From: an uncultured Clostridiaceae bacterium
GTDB taxonomy: Bacteria > Bacillota > Clostridia > Monoglobales > Firm-18
NCBI GenBank assembly: GCA_964573775.1
Contig: CAZNKU010000004.1
Location: 1 to 60,894, forward strand
Direction of reading: 5' to 3'
DNA: 60,894 nt
Under the pieces are notes generated by a model that was given only the letters and a program-made list of their open reading frames with translations, was not told the origin of the DNA and ran no database searches. Shown here one piece after another: positions 27,593 through 40,055 of the stretch. Position numbers and translations under genes: made by a program. The stretch's first letter is position 1. Each line of letters starts with the position of its first letter.

Positions 27593-29593
27593 TCAGTTTG
27601 AAATCAAATTGTGTATTATTTGTGCTGCAACATCACGTTTAACATAATATTTTGGCATAAAGGCGTTGCCGCGGAATATTCCAAGACCCTTGGCAATTGC
27701 CGCATAACCTATTAAATCTGTTGAAATCATACCCTCGTCCACATAACCGGTTTTGAAAGTATCAGGTAATTTTGCAATGTCTCCGTATCCAAGATAAGTT
27801 ACTATATACTTAATAGCCATTTCAGTAGTTATACAAGAATTTAACGTAAGCTCATCATATGTAACAATACCTTTGCCTACAAGATCATCTGCAACCTCAT
27901 TTATATTTTTGTAATCCTCACAATCTACCGCACGACACATCCAAAGTAAATAGTCACAAAGTAAAACATTGTCGTCGGGACAAAATTTTTCTGCCTCATC
28001 AAGAATACCGCAGGCATACAATGTTTTAATTTGTTCTTCAGAAGCATCCTTATATATATCTGTATACATAGTCTTTTCAACATCAATTTCATTTCCGTAT
28101 GAATCAACAACTTCACCCGTAACGGCATTTATGTATAAATCTAAAAGAGGATTTGGTGCATACACAGCACGAAGCTCCATTTCCTTTGTCATTGATTCTG
28201 CTGTAACATATTGAAGTTCAAAACCTGCCACATTAATATACTTTTCAAAAGCCTGTTCAACTGATACAGACAATGAATATTCAGGTATTTCCAGAACATC
28301 CCAACCCGAATTTACACTTATGATTTTTCCTGTTGAACGGGATACACCAACTACAACACCGTTATCATCATAGGCAATGTCATTAATAAATCGGGCATAA
28401 TTGAAATAATAAATATCCTCACCAATGTAATTATTTTGATTATTATAATTCAAAAGTTTACAATTGGAAACAAAAGAACTGTTATGTATTGACATAAAAC
28501 GGTCAGCTATCTGCTTGCAGTGTTCCATACTGTAATTTAAATTTTCATCACCGATTTCATGCTGATAATAATCAAAATATCTTATATCGCCTTTTTCAAC
28601 ATCAACAATGTATGTTTTTACGCTTCCGTTGAAATTATCATAATACATATAAAGATAATTTCCGTAATCGTCCTGCAAATACTGAATGCCCGTAAGAGTA
28701 AAATCACTACCCGGTGAAACATAGCTACTGTCTTCAACAGCAAATACGGCACCGTCTATTTCATACACATAATCGGAATACCAAAAATCAAATTTCTTTT
28801 CAACTGTCAATGCATTTTTATAAGAGCCGTCAGATACACTGTTTGTATTAACTATATTTCCGGTATATGCGTTCACATAGTTTATACCGTCTGACAAATC
28901 AGCATAGCGCACATATAGTTCACCATTTGATTTTTTAGCATACTCTTTTACCATACCTATGTTTTCAAACATACTTGCACTTGCATCAGCAGAGTTAAGT
29001 CTTGTACCTGAAGGGTATACTTTGTCATAATCAATCCATTTAACATCAAAGGATGAAACCTTTCCGCTTGATGCATCAACTGTTATATCAATATAATTAT
29101 CATAACAGGGCAAACCATTCTCATATCTTACAAATTTGAATTCATAGGGTTCAAAATTTCTGTGAACGGAATATTCCTGTTTAACAAGCTTTGTATGAGG
29201 ATAAAATTCCGGACACGCCATAGAAAGAAAATTATTTGCCTCGTTTTCAGCATCCTCGGATGTATATGAAGAAAGCTTGTAGTTACCGTTAAATTCACCG
29301 TAGAAATAGCGGCTGAATGATATTATGCGAAACCGTTCGTCAACAGTAACATTGATCTGTCCTCCCGGATTATTTTCATCATCATCACCGTACCAAGTAA
29401 GATACGCATATTGCCCACCAGGTTCAACCGTAATCTTACTGTTGAATTCACTATAATTTTCAGGGATATCTATTTTACTTTTAACAACATTAACAGCTTT
29501 CGTAACAAAAGATTCATTATCTGCATAGCATATTACAAATAAAGAATTTACTAATATTAAAATTGTAAGCAAAGAACATATGATTTTTTTCAC
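27593..29593 (-). CDS. secreted protein of unknown function with degenerate SLH-like repeats at the C-terminus
   Basis: ORF 666 aa. Signal peptide MKKIICSLLTILILVNSLFVICYA. The C-terminal ~170 aa holds two segments resembling S-layer homology repeats (..GIL..AEKFCPDD.., ..GLGIFRGNAFMPKYYVKRDVAAQII..). Confidence 0.5.
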   Translation of the reverse strand: MKKIICSLLTILILVNSLFVICYADNESFVTKAVNVVKSKIDIPENYSEFNSKITVEPGGQYAYLTWYGDDDENNPGGQINVTVDERFRIISFSRYFYGEFNGNYKLSSYTSEDAENEANNFLSMACPEFYPHTKLVKQEYSVHRNFEPYEFKFVRYENGLPCYDNYIDITVDASSGKVSSFDVKWIDYDKVYPSGTRLNSADASASMFENIGMVKEYAKKSNGELYVRYADLSDGINYVNAYTGNIVNTNSVSDGSYKNALTVEKKFDFWYSDYVYEIDGAVFAVEDSSYVSPGSDFTLTGIQYLQDDYGNYLYMYYDNFNGSVKTYIVDVEKGDIRYFDYYQHEIGDENLNYSMEHCKQIADRFMSIHNSSFVSNCKLLNYNNQNNYIGEDIYYFNYARFINDIAYDDNGVVVGVSRSTGKIISVNSGWDVLEIPEYSLSVSVEQAFEKYINVAGFELQYVTAESMTKEMELRAVYAPNPLLDLYINAVTGEVVDSYGNEIDVEKTMYTDIYKDASEEQIKTLYACGILDEAEKFCPDDNVLLCDYLLWMCRAVDCEDYKNINEVADDLVGKGIVTYDELTLNSCITTEMAIKYIVTYLGYGDIAKLPDTFKTGYVDEGMISTDLIGYAAIAKGLGIFRGNAFMPKYYVKRDVAAQIIHNLISN

Positions 29594-29707
29594 AACATCA
29601 CCTACCTATACTTATTTAATGATATCATAAAAAAAATCAAAAAACAAGAATATTAACAGTATTGTAACATATAATATTTATCAGTACATCAAAAAGGGAG
29701 TGATAAA

Positions 29708-29812
29708 ATGAAGCAGGAAAATGAAGAAAGCAAAAAAACGCCTAAACCTATTGAAGATTTAGACGATTTTATTTTTAAGGACGAAGAAATCAAATATCAC
29801 TCAGAGAGGTAA
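29708..29812 (+). CDS. candidate small acidic protein (34 aa), hypothetical
   Basis: Own reading: GGGAG RBS 6-7 nt before ATG 29708. Translation is MKQENEESKKTPKPIEDLDDFIFKDEEIKYHSER. Its 3' end overlaps the convergent dusB by 23 nt. Below the ORF-track cutoff. Confidence 0.3.
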   Translation: MKQENEESKKTPKPIEDLDDFIFKDEEIKYHSER

Positions 29813-30737
29813 GCAACATTGCCATTTCATCAAAGGATGTTGCAGCAGTAAGTTTGTTTTTTACAGCAACACTATTCTTCATCCCTTTTATATACCATAT
29901 GGCATGTTTGCGTGCTTCTCTGATTCCAACATATTCACCTTTATATTCCACAATTTTCTTTATATGCTCAAGAGCAGTTGTTATAATCTCTTTTTGCGAA
30001 GGTTCAGGAAGAAGTTCTTTAAATTCAAGATAGTGCTTTATTCTTTTAAACAAAAACGGATTACCCAAAATTCCTCTGCCTATCATTACAGCTTCACAGC
30101 CTGTTTGCGTCATCATATTTTCAGCATCAGCAGGTGACTTTACATCACCGTTACCTATAACAGGAACATTCACTGCACTGACAACATCTTTAATTATTGA
30201 ATAGTCTGCACTGCCTCGATATTCCTGTTTTACTGTTCTGCCGTGAACAGTTATGTGGGAAGCTCCTGCCTTTTCGGCAAGCTTTGCAACTTCTACGGCG
30301 TTAACAGACGAATCATCCCAACCCTTACGGATTTTAACGGATACGGGCAAATCACAGTTTTCCTTTACTGCACACACAATATCGTATACAGTCTGAGGAT
30401 TTTTCATAAGTGAGCCACCGTCGTCATTGCCTATTATTTTATTTGCAGGACAACCGCAGTTTATATCAATACCAATTGCACCAAAAGAAGCTGCCTTGGC
30501 AGACACCTTTGCAAATATTTCAGGCTCGTGACCGAATATTTGTGCATAAACGGGCTGTTCTTTTTCAGATATTTCTAAAAGAGTGGCTGTTTTTTTATCA
30601 TTATAAAAAAGCCCCTTTGTACTAACCATTTCGGTAAAGCACATATCTGCACCGTAGTCCATACACACTTCACGGTATGCTCTGTCGGTAACACCTGCCA
30701 TTGGAGCAAGAATTACTTTATTTTTTAAGGATATCAT
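29790..30737 (-). CDS. dusB: tRNA dihydrouridine synthase
   Basis: ORF 315 aa. LAPMAGVTDRAYR, catalytic NCGCP, TIM-barrel Dus family. Confidence 0.9.
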   Translation of the reverse strand: MISLKNKVILAPMAGVTDRAYREVCMDYGADMCFTEMVSTKGLFYNDKKTATLLEISEKEQPVYAQIFGHEPEIFAKVSAKAASFGAIGIDINCGCPANKIIGNDDGGSLMKNPQTVYDIVCAVKENCDLPVSVKIRKGWDDSSVNAVEVAKLAEKAGASHITVHGRTVKQEYRGSADYSIIKDVVSAVNVPVIGNGDVKSPADAENMMTQTGCEAVMIGRGILGNPFLFKRIKHYLEFKELLPEPSQKEIITTALEHIKKIVEYKGEYVGIREARKHAIWYIKGMKNSVAVKNKLTAATSFDEMAMLLTSLSDI

Positions 30738-31611
30738 ACATTACTCCTTCTCGTAAACTGCTGACACAGCTTATAAGTTTTGGCGAATCAATATATTCCA
30801 TAATAGCAAGCAGGGGTACAACTCCGCCAAGTATGATATCTGCCCTGCCTCTTCCTATGCCTTTAATGTTAATACGTTTTTCAATAGGCATTTTTACAAG
30901 TTCATAAATTTTACTGAATGTATGTTCCTTGCTCATTGTATATCCATGCACTTTATGGTCAGGGACATCCTGCATTTTTGTAAGTGAGCGTACTGTACCA
31001 CCCATACCTACAACATCGACGTTTTTAATATCCTTAACCCATTCAGCCTCGTCAATTTTACATTTAAACTGATTTACCGCATAAGAAAGTTCGTTATCAT
31101 CGGCTATTGTACCGGAAAAATATTTTTCGGTTATATTAACTGCAGCCATTGGAATGCTTACCACATTAATATTGACGCAGTCCTTTACATATATAAGTTC
31201 TGTACTTGCACCGCCAATATCAACTATCAGGCAATCTTTAACGGGCAATGTGTTTACAACACCCATAAAGTCGTAATATGCTTCTTTTTCACCTGTAATA
31301 ATTTCAAAATCTACACCAATATCAGATGCTGGCTTTAAAAACAGTTCTGCATTTTTGGCTGTACGAAGTGCGGCAGTAGCAATAGCTCTTACCTCATCAA
31401 CGCACATATCATCTATTATACGTTTGAATTTTTTAAGCTCAGTAAGTGTACGATCAACAGCATTTTGTCTTAAAAGCTTTTCGTCTCCCATACCCTCACT
31501 TAAACGTACAACCGTTCGGATATTTTCCAAAACGGTTGCACTGTTGTTTATAACTTCTATTATATTCATACGTATAGAATTTGAACCCAAATCTATAATC
31601 GCAATTCTCAT
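30718..31611 (-). CDS. Ppx/GppA family phosphatase (exopolyphosphatase-like, N-terminal domains only)
   Basis: ORF 297 aa. IIDLGSNSIRMNI and DIGGASTEL ASKHA-fold motifs. Confidence 0.85.
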   Translation of the reverse strand: MRIAIIDLGSNSIRMNIIEVINNSATVLENIRTVVRLSEGMGDEKLLRQNAVDRTLTELKKFKRIIDDMCVDEVRAIATAALRTAKNAELFLKPASDIGVDFEIITGEKEAYYDFMGVVNTLPVKDCLIVDIGGASTELIYVKDCVNINVVSIPMAAVNITEKYFSGTIADDNELSYAVNQFKCKIDEAEWVKDIKNVDVVGMGGTVRSLTKMQDVPDHKVHGYTMSKEHTFSKIYELVKMPIEKRINIKGIGRGRADIILGGVVPLLAIMEYIDSPKLISCVSSLREGVMYDILKK

Positions 31612-31620
31612 TTTTTTACC

Positions 31621-33102
<1,482 letters not shown>

Positions 33103-33178
33103 TTATGGTTCTTTGTTATTACCTTATAGTATAACAAAAGCCAACACGTTTCGTCAAGATAAAATTTATATATTTTTA

Positions 33179-33925
33179 CTAAAGTATGCTAATAACTTTT
33201 AGTATTAACTGATAAAAAACAGGAATCAGTACCGCAGGCAGAAGATTACCTACCTTTACTACTTTTTTATCAAACAGTAAATTAAAGCCTATTGCCATTA
33301 CCAATACTGAGCCAACAAGTGAAAGCTGACCTATTAAAGCATCTGTCATAACCGATTCTAAAACACTTGCAAGAAGTGTTATAAGTCCCTGATAAACGCC
33401 AACAGTCAGTACAGAGAGGAATACGCCTCCTCCCAATGATGCCGCAAGCACAATTGACATTACACCGTCAAGCACAGCTTTTGCCGCAAGTATTGTATAA
33501 TCTCCAACCAATCCGTCCTGAATAGATCCTACTATTGCCATTGCTCCAACACAAAAAAGAAGTGATGTAGACACAAAGCCCTCAACAAACTTTGGATTAT
33601 CCTTTGCCATAAAAGAGGCTTTTTTCTTACAGAAATTACCTACACGTTCAAGCTTTTCTTCAACATCAACAGCTTCCCCCGCTATTGCACCAAGCACTAA
33701 AGATATTACCATAAGCATAATACCATTTGTAGAAATTGTGCCGTCAGCATTAACTGAAAACATTTCCGAAAGTGTACCTGTAACACCAATTATAATGGTA
33801 GAAAGCCCCGCTGCAGACTTAACAGTCTTTTCAAACCTTGAGGGCAAACCACCTTTTAAAAGCATACCGATTGTTGCACCAATTAAAATGGTTACAATAT
33901 TTATTATAGTTCCTAAACCCCTCAT
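33179..33925 (-). CDS. DUF554 family membrane protein
   Basis: ORF 248 aa. MRGLGTIINIVTILIGATIG N-terminus, polytopic. Confidence 0.75.
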   Translation of the reverse strand: MRGLGTIINIVTILIGATIGMLLKGGLPSRFEKTVKSAAGLSTIIIGVTGTLSEMFSVNADGTISTNGIMLMVISLVLGAIAGEAVDVEEKLERVGNFCKKKASFMAKDNPKFVEGFVSTSLLFCVGAMAIVGSIQDGLVGDYTILAAKAVLDGVMSIVLAASLGGGVFLSVLTVGVYQGLITLLASVLESVMTDALIGQLSLVGSVLVMAIGFNLLFDKKVVKVGNLLPAVLIPVFYQLILKVISIL

Positions 33926-33933
33926 AAAACCAC

Positions 33934-35172
33934 CTACTTAATTTTTCGTGCCTCTACATAAAATCTTTTATCACAAGCTTCTCCCATTGAAAATGTTTTG
34001 CGTGGAAGTATGCCGTCTTTAATTATAGTTTTGAACAAATCTGACTTTTCCATAGACGGTAACAAAAATCCTATTGAGTTATCCTTCATTGAAAGGTCTG
34101 CAACAACATTGTCACCGTGTATGTAGTCAATTTCACAATTTTTATTGCTTATATATTTATCAAGGAAGTTTTGCAATGTACCTACAGCAAGGTTTGATGT
34201 AGGTTTTTTGATGTAAAGCTTTGTTACTTTACCCTTTACAACACTACTTATCTGCTGGTCATTTTCACTGCCTGTATCACTAATGCCACAGTAATTATCA
34301 AGTTCTTTTAAAAGGTCATCTGCATCACAGTTTATAATTATTCTGTGTATAGGTTCAAAATCAAGTGCGTTATCGTGAATATTTTCAATCTCTACAAGTG
34401 CATATCGAGCAGGGTGATTATTAACATCGGCACCTGACTTTTTAACTTTTTCCCAACACGCCTTTGCTGTTGCAAGTGAATGGTTACCATCACCTACTGC
34501 ATAAAGCATTGTATTATTCTGTGTATAATTTTTTTCGTAAAGTTTTGCCAACTTATCTGCAAGTTTATCGCAATTATCTATCTTCCAACCGCAAAGATGA
34601 CCACTTTCCTTCATAAGTTCAAAATCGTAAACCTTTTCAAGTTTTGTGCTGTCAATGCTGCCGAATACTATATCATCAGCATCGTCAATAAGAAGCATAA
34701 CATGAGGAAGTTCAAGGCAGGCATTTTCCCTTACCTTTACCCTTGGAGGAATACGCTCTAAAACTGTACCTTCTGTAGCACGAATCATAGCAGTGTTGCC
34801 CGGTTCAAACTTATAATTTTCAAGGTCTATTGCAGCAACAATACCCTTTCTTACTTTACCATTATTCAGAGTTCTTTCTATATACATAACCGAATTTTTA
34901 TATTCAGCAAAAATACCGTTATCAACATAGTTATGCATATTGGCATTTATATTTTTAATTTTTTCATCAACATCATTGCCGTTAAGATAAAGCTCCGGCA
35001 AAACAATATTATATGTTGAGGGCTTATCTGCAACTGTATTTTTTACATCCTCCCAATATTCAGGTTGTGATGTATATTGGTCACAGGCCACCACACTCCA
35101 TTTATTCATATCCGCATCTTTCGGCAACAAAATGTCTGCAGGAAAAAGCGAAACCTTTTCAAACTTACTCAT
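33934..35172 (-). CDS. DUF1015 domain protein
   Basis: ORF 33934..35277. GGAGG RBS then ATG at 35170-35172 (MSKFEKVSLFPADILLPK...WSVVACDQYTSQPEYW). Confidence 0.75.
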   Translation of the reverse strand: MSKFEKVSLFPADILLPKDADMNKWSVVACDQYTSQPEYWEDVKNTVADKPSTYNIVLPELYLNGNDVDEKIKNINANMHNYVDNGIFAEYKNSVMYIERTLNNGKVRKGIVAAIDLENYKFEPGNTAMIRATEGTVLERIPPRVKVRENACLELPHVMLLIDDADDIVFGSIDSTKLEKVYDFELMKESGHLCGWKIDNCDKLADKLAKLYEKNYTQNNTMLYAVGDGNHSLATAKACWEKVKKSGADVNNHPARYALVEIENIHDNALDFEPIHRIIINCDADDLLKELDNYCGISDTGSENDQQISSVVKGKVTKLYIKKPTSNLAVGTLQNFLDKYISNKNCEIDYIHGDNVVADLSMKDNSIGFLLPSMEKSDLFKTIIKDGILPRKTFSMGEACDKRFYVEARKIK

Positions 35173-35420
35173 TAGAAAACCTCCAAATAGATATTGTATA
35201 AAATTATAGCACAGAAAAAATAAAAAGTAAAACAAAAAATAATTGTATAAATTTAAAATGTATTGTGGTTTTTGCATAAATTTATAAATTGCAAAACCTC
35301 ATAATACAGTTTTTAAATTAAAAAAATAATTTATTTAATTATTTTTTAAAAAACTATTTATTTTTTTGCATATTTATTGTATAATTATTTATAATGTATA
35401 TTTTATGGGAGAATGATATT

Positions 35421-35822
35421 ATGAACAGAAAAACTGCCAGAGATTTAGCTTTTAAACTTTTATATCAGGCTGATATTCAAAAAGAAGACGGTGAGGTTGT
35501 ATTTGATATCGCCAAGGAAGAATACGAAATTGACGATAAATCCAAAGAATACATCGGCAACATATTATACGGTGTTGAAGAAAATGCAGAAAACATAAAC
35601 GGAATTATATCCGAAAAATCAGAAGGTTGGAAAATTAACAGAATTTCCAAAATTTCTCTTGCCTGCCTTAAGCTTGGAATATTTGAAATTTTATACTGTG
35701 AAGATATTCCTGACCAGGTTGCGGCAAATGAAGCCGTAGGTCTTGCAAAGCTTTACGAGGGTGAAGAAGCCGCTAAATTTGTAAACGGTATTTTATCTGT
35801 TGTAATTAAAGAAAAGGAATGA
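35421..35822 (+). CDS. nusB: transcription antitermination factor NusB
   Basis: ORF 35394..35822, ATG at 35421. MNRKTARDLAFKLLYQ. Confidence 0.92.
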   Translation: MNRKTARDLAFKLLYQADIQKEDGEVVFDIAKEEYEIDDKSKEYIGNILYGVEENAENINGIISEKSEGWKINRISKISLACLKLGIFEILYCEDIPDQVAANEAVGLAKLYEGEEAAKFVNGILSVVIKEKE

Positions 35823-35829
35823 CCTTAAG

Positions 35830-37080
35830 TTGGCTATTACTGTAACACAGCTAAACAAATATATAAAAAATCTTTTAGAAACAGACATTAACCTGTCACA
35901 AGTTTCCGTTAAAGGTGAAATATCTAATTTTAAACTACACTCTTCGGGACATTGTTATATGACAATTAAGGATGAAACCGCACAGATACGGGCAGTTATG
36001 TTTAAAACATACGCCTCTGCCCTTAAATTCACACCCGAAAACGGTATGAAGATTACGGCAACAGGCAAAATTTCCGTATATGAACGTGACGGTCAGTATC
36101 AGATGTATATTTTTTCTATGCAACCTGACGGTCTTGGAGATTTGCATGTTGAATTTGAAAAGTTAAAGGCAAAGCTTACTGCTGAGGGTATATTTGATGT
36201 GGCTCACAAAAAACCTATACCAAAAATACCAAAGGCAATAGGTGTTGTAACATCCCCTACCGGTGCGGCAATACGTGATATTATAAATGTAGCAACAAGA
36301 CGTTATCCATTAGCTGAAATTATAGTTTGTCCCGTATTGGTGCAGGGAGAAAATTCCGCAAAGCAGATTGCAAATGCAATTGAATATATGAACAGGGAAA
36401 ACATGGCAGATGTTCTTATTGTAGGACGAGGAGGTGGCTCTATAGAAGATTTATGGAGTTTTAATGAAGAAGTTGTTGCATATGCAATATATAATTCAAA
36501 AATCCCCATAATATCCGCTGTAGGACACGAAACAGACTTTACAATTGCGGATTTTGCAGCAGACCTTCGGGCACCTACCCCTTCCGCTGCTGCTGAGCTT
36601 GCCGTACCTTCCGTTTTGGAGCTTAAGGGTAATATTTCCATGTATTTAAACAGAATGATTTCTGTCACAAAGCAGGCTATTGACCTTAAACGTTCAATCG
36701 TAAAAAGTTTTTCACTTAAAAGTCCTGTTGATTATATTAACCAAAACAGATTGCGTACAGATATTGCTATGCAGAAGATTACCAACATTATGACGGAATC
36801 ACTTATAAAAAGCCGTAACAAAACAGATACGTATTTACAGAGAATAAATAATTCTGCGGAAAACCTGTTTTCCGAAAAGTCAAAACAGCTTACACTGAAC
36901 GTTGCAAAGCTTGATGCACTTAGTCCTCTTAAGGTTATGACCAGAGGTTATTCTGTGGCACTTGGAAAAGACGGAATTTTAAAAAGTGTTGAAAATTCAG
37001 CAAAAGGTGACGAAATTACAGTAAGACTTGTGGACGGAACACTTGACTGTACAGTAGATAACATTAACAAGGAGCAATAA
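35830..37080 (+). CDS. xseA: exodeoxyribonuclease VII large subunit
   Basis: ORF 416 aa (TTG start). OB-fold N-terminus ISNFKLHSSGHCYMTIKD, GRGGGSIEDLW, and the xseB gene immediately downstream. Confidence 0.92.
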   Translation: MAITVTQLNKYIKNLLETDINLSQVSVKGEISNFKLHSSGHCYMTIKDETAQIRAVMFKTYASALKFTPENGMKITATGKISVYERDGQYQMYIFSMQPDGLGDLHVEFEKLKAKLTAEGIFDVAHKKPIPKIPKAIGVVTSPTGAAIRDIINVATRRYPLAEIIVCPVLVQGENSAKQIANAIEYMNRENMADVLIVGRGGGSIEDLWSFNEEVVAYAIYNSKIPIISAVGHETDFTIADFAADLRAPTPSAAAELAVPSVLELKGNISMYLNRMISVTKQAIDLKRSIVKSFSLKSPVDYINQNRLRTDIAMQKITNIMTESLIKSRNKTDTYLQRINNSAENLFSEKSKQLTLNVAKLDALSPLKVMTRGYSVALGKDGILKSVENSAKGDEITVRLVDGTLDCTVDNINKEQ

Positions 37081-37082
37081 TA

Positions 37083-37313
37083 ATGGCTGAAAAAATTAAT
37101 TTTGAAAAATCATTGGCAGAACTTGAAGATATAGTTAAAAAATTAGAGGGTGGCAACATATCCCTTGATGAAATGCTAAAGTATTTTGAACAGGGCACAA
37201 AATTGGTTGCAGACTGCAACAAGGTCCTTGATGAAACCGAAGCAAAGCTTAACATACTTATGAAAAAAGATGGTCAAATTGTAAAACAGGATTTTGCTTT
37301 ACCGGAGGAATAA
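37083..37313 (+). CDS. xseB: exodeoxyribonuclease VII small subunit
   Basis: ORF 76 aa. FEKSLAELEDIVKKLEGGNISLDE. Confidence 0.92.
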   Translation: MAEKINFEKSLAELEDIVKKLEGGNISLDEMLKYFEQGTKLVADCNKVLDETEAKLNILMKKDGQIVKQDFALPEE

Positions 37314-37316
37314 ATA

Positions 37317-38186
37317 ATGGATTTCAAAACCCGATTTAATGAAAAACTTAATACTGTAAACAGTTGGATTGATGATCTTTCACCAAAAGGTGAAGGCTTA
37401 CACAAGGTTATATATGATGCATCAAATTACTCTGTAATGGCAGGAGGAAAACGCATACGTCCCATACTTGCATATGCTGTATGCGAAATGCTTGGAGGAA
37501 ATGCTGAAAATATAATGCACTATGCCTGTGCTGTCGAATTTATCCATACATATTCACTTATTCACGACGACTTGCCCTGTATGGATAACGATGACTTAAG
37601 ACGAGGTATGCCAACCAACCACAAAGTATTTGGTGAAGCAATTGCTCTTTTGGCAGGAGATTCTTTGCTTACTTACGCATTTGAATGTGCATCAATGTCA
37701 AAAAACAATGCATCGGTTACAGTGAAGGCAATAAATTCCATATCAAAAGCAGCAGGTATTGCAGGTATGATAGGCGGCCAGGTTATAGATATAAACGGTG
37801 CAAAGAATTATGAAGAGCTTAAAACCGTACACAAAATGAAAACAGGTGCTCTTATAAGACTTTCAGCACATCTTGGTGCAATAGCCGCAGGCTGTACAGC
37901 AGACGAGGCTGACGTCATTGACAAATTTGCAGACAATTTAGGTATTGCATTCCAGATTAAAGACGACATACTGGATGTTGAAAGCACAACCGAAGAGCTT
38001 GGAAAACCAATAGGCAGTGATGACAAGCGTGACCTTACAACATATGTGACACTCTTTGGCATAGAAGGTGCAAAAGAAAAACTTGATGAGCATACAAAAA
38101 TGGCTAAAGATGCACTTTTACCCTTTGGTAACAAGGCTGATTTTTTACTGCAGTTTGCAGATATGTTATTACAGAGAAAGAACTAA
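37317..38186 (+). CDS. ispA: farnesyl/geranyl diphosphate synthase (polyprenyl synthetase)
   Basis: ORF 289 aa. FARM IHDDLPCMDNDDLRRG and SARM KDDILD. Confidence 0.9.
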   Translation: MDFKTRFNEKLNTVNSWIDDLSPKGEGLHKVIYDASNYSVMAGGKRIRPILAYAVCEMLGGNAENIMHYACAVEFIHTYSLIHDDLPCMDNDDLRRGMPTNHKVFGEAIALLAGDSLLTYAFECASMSKNNASVTVKAINSISKAAGIAGMIGGQVIDINGAKNYEELKTVHKMKTGALIRLSAHLGAIAAGCTADEADVIDKFADNLGIAFQIKDDILDVESTTEELGKPIGSDDKRDLTTYVTLFGIEGAKEKLDEHTKMAKDALLPFGNKADFLLQFADMLLQRKN

Positions 38187-38207
38187 TGAAAAGAGGATAT
38201 AAAATCC

Positions 38208-40055
38208 GTGAGTGTTTTAGAACATATTGACAATCCGTCAGATTTAAAAAAACTCAATAATGATGAACTTAATCTCCTTTCTGCCGAAATAAGAGAATTT
38301 CTTGTAGAAAACGTGTCAAAAACAGGTGGGCATCTTGCATCAAGTCTTGGTGTTGTTGAACTTACATTGGCACTTCACAAGGTTTTTAATTCTCCTGAAG
38401 ATAAAATTGTGTGGGATGTCGGTCACCAGGCATACGTACACAAAATTGTTACAGGCAGAAAAGACAGATTTGATACATTACGTCAACATGAGGGTTTAAG
38501 TGGCTTTCCACGCGGAAACGAAAGTGAACACGACGTATTTGATGCAGGACACGCAAGTAACTCTATTTCTGCCGCACTGGGTTATGTATGTGCAAGGGAT
38601 TTGAAAAAAAAGGATTACAGTGTAGTTGCCGTTATAGGTGACGGTGCTATGAGCGGTGGTCTTGCATTTGAGGGTATAAACAATGCAACAAGACTTAAGA
38701 CTAACTTTATTGTTATTTTAAATGACAATGAAATGTCCATTTCAAAAAATGTTGGTGGCTTGTCAAGATACCTTAACAACTTAAGAACAAGACCGGGATA
38801 TATGAAAACAAAAATTGATGTATCCTCTACTCTTAACAAAATTCCAGTTATAGGTAAGCCTATATACAAAACGATAAGCGGTATAAAATCCGTTTTCAGA
38901 TTTATTGTTACAAAAAATCATACACATATTTACGAAGAACTTGGATTTAAAAGTATTGGTCCTGTTGACGGTCACAACATCAAAGATATTTGTGAAGCAC
39001 TGGAACGTGCAAAGCAGATAAAGGGCCCTGCTATAATCCACATGTACACACAAAAGGGCAAAGGCTATACCTTTGCAGAAGAAAACCCAAGTAAATTTCA
39101 CGGCATAGGAAAATTTGACCCTAAGGTTGGAGAATGTGCAGGTAAACCATCAGACAGTGTATCTCCGTCAAAAGTATTCGGTAACAAAATGGTTGAAATA
39201 GCAAAGACAAACAAAAACCTTGTTACTATTACAGCGGCAATGCCTGACGGAACAGGGCTAAGCGAATTTGCAAGTCTGTATCCCGAAAGATTTTACGATG
39301 TAGGTATTGCAGAAGGACACGCCATAACATTTGCAGGCGGTCTTGCAAAAGGCGGTGCTGTACCGGTTGCAGCTATATACTCTACTTTTTTACAGCGTGC
39401 TTATGACAACATATACCACGACCTCATTTTACAAAATGTACATGCTGTAATTGCAATTGACAGAGCAGGTCTTGTAGGTGAAGACGGAGAAACTCATCAC
39501 GGTATGTTTGATATTTCATATCTTACGGCATTACCAAACATATCTGTTTTAGCTCCATCCTCCTCTGCTCAGCTTGAGGAAATGCTTGAATATGCAGTAA
39601 ATAAGCACAATGGCGTTATTGCCATAAGATACCCCAAGATATTCTACAAAGACTTAAAATCTGTTTATCCTTTTGAATACGGTAAGGCTGTTGTGGAAAA
39701 AGAGGGTAATGACATTACAATTGTAGCAGAAGGCAATATGTTAGAACACGCTTTGGAAGCGGCAGAAATTTCAAAATACAGTGTTGAAGTTATAGATATA
39801 AGAACTATTAAACCCATAGATGCAGAAACAATAGAAGCATCTTACACCAAAACAGGCAAAATAATTACTGTTGAAGACAACACAATATGCGGAGGACTTG
39901 GCAGTATTGTTGAAGGTGTAATAGGTGCAAAGGTCAGCAAAATAGGTTACAATGACAAAATTATAACCCACGGTGATTTAAAAACACTTTATAAAGACAA
40001 CAAAGTAGATGCACAGTCTATTGCAGACGAAATTGAAAGGATGTGCAATATTTGA
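38208..40055 (+). CDS. dxs: 1-deoxy-D-xylulose-5-phosphate synthase
   Basis: ORF 615 aa (GTG start). GGHLASSLG, VWDVGHQAY, and the TPP motif IGDGAMSGG...NDN. Confidence 0.95.
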   Translation: MSVLEHIDNPSDLKKLNNDELNLLSAEIREFLVENVSKTGGHLASSLGVVELTLALHKVFNSPEDKIVWDVGHQAYVHKIVTGRKDRFDTLRQHEGLSGFPRGNESEHDVFDAGHASNSISAALGYVCARDLKKKDYSVVAVIGDGAMSGGLAFEGINNATRLKTNFIVILNDNEMSISKNVGGLSRYLNNLRTRPGYMKTKIDVSSTLNKIPVIGKPIYKTISGIKSVFRFIVTKNHTHIYEELGFKSIGPVDGHNIKDICEALERAKQIKGPAIIHMYTQKGKGYTFAEENPSKFHGIGKFDPKVGECAGKPSDSVSPSKVFGNKMVEIAKTNKNLVTITAAMPDGTGLSEFASLYPERFYDVGIAEGHAITFAGGLAKGGAVPVAAIYSTFLQRAYDNIYHDLILQNVHAVIAIDRAGLVGEDGETHHGMFDISYLTALPNISVLAPSSSAQLEEMLEYAVNKHNGVIAIRYPKIFYKDLKSVYPFEYGKAVVEKEGNDITIVAEGNMLEHALEAAEISKYSVEVIDIRTIKPIDAETIEASYTKTGKIITVEDNTICGGLGSIVEGVIGAKVSKIGYNDKIITHGDLKTLYKDNKVDAQSIADEIERMCNI

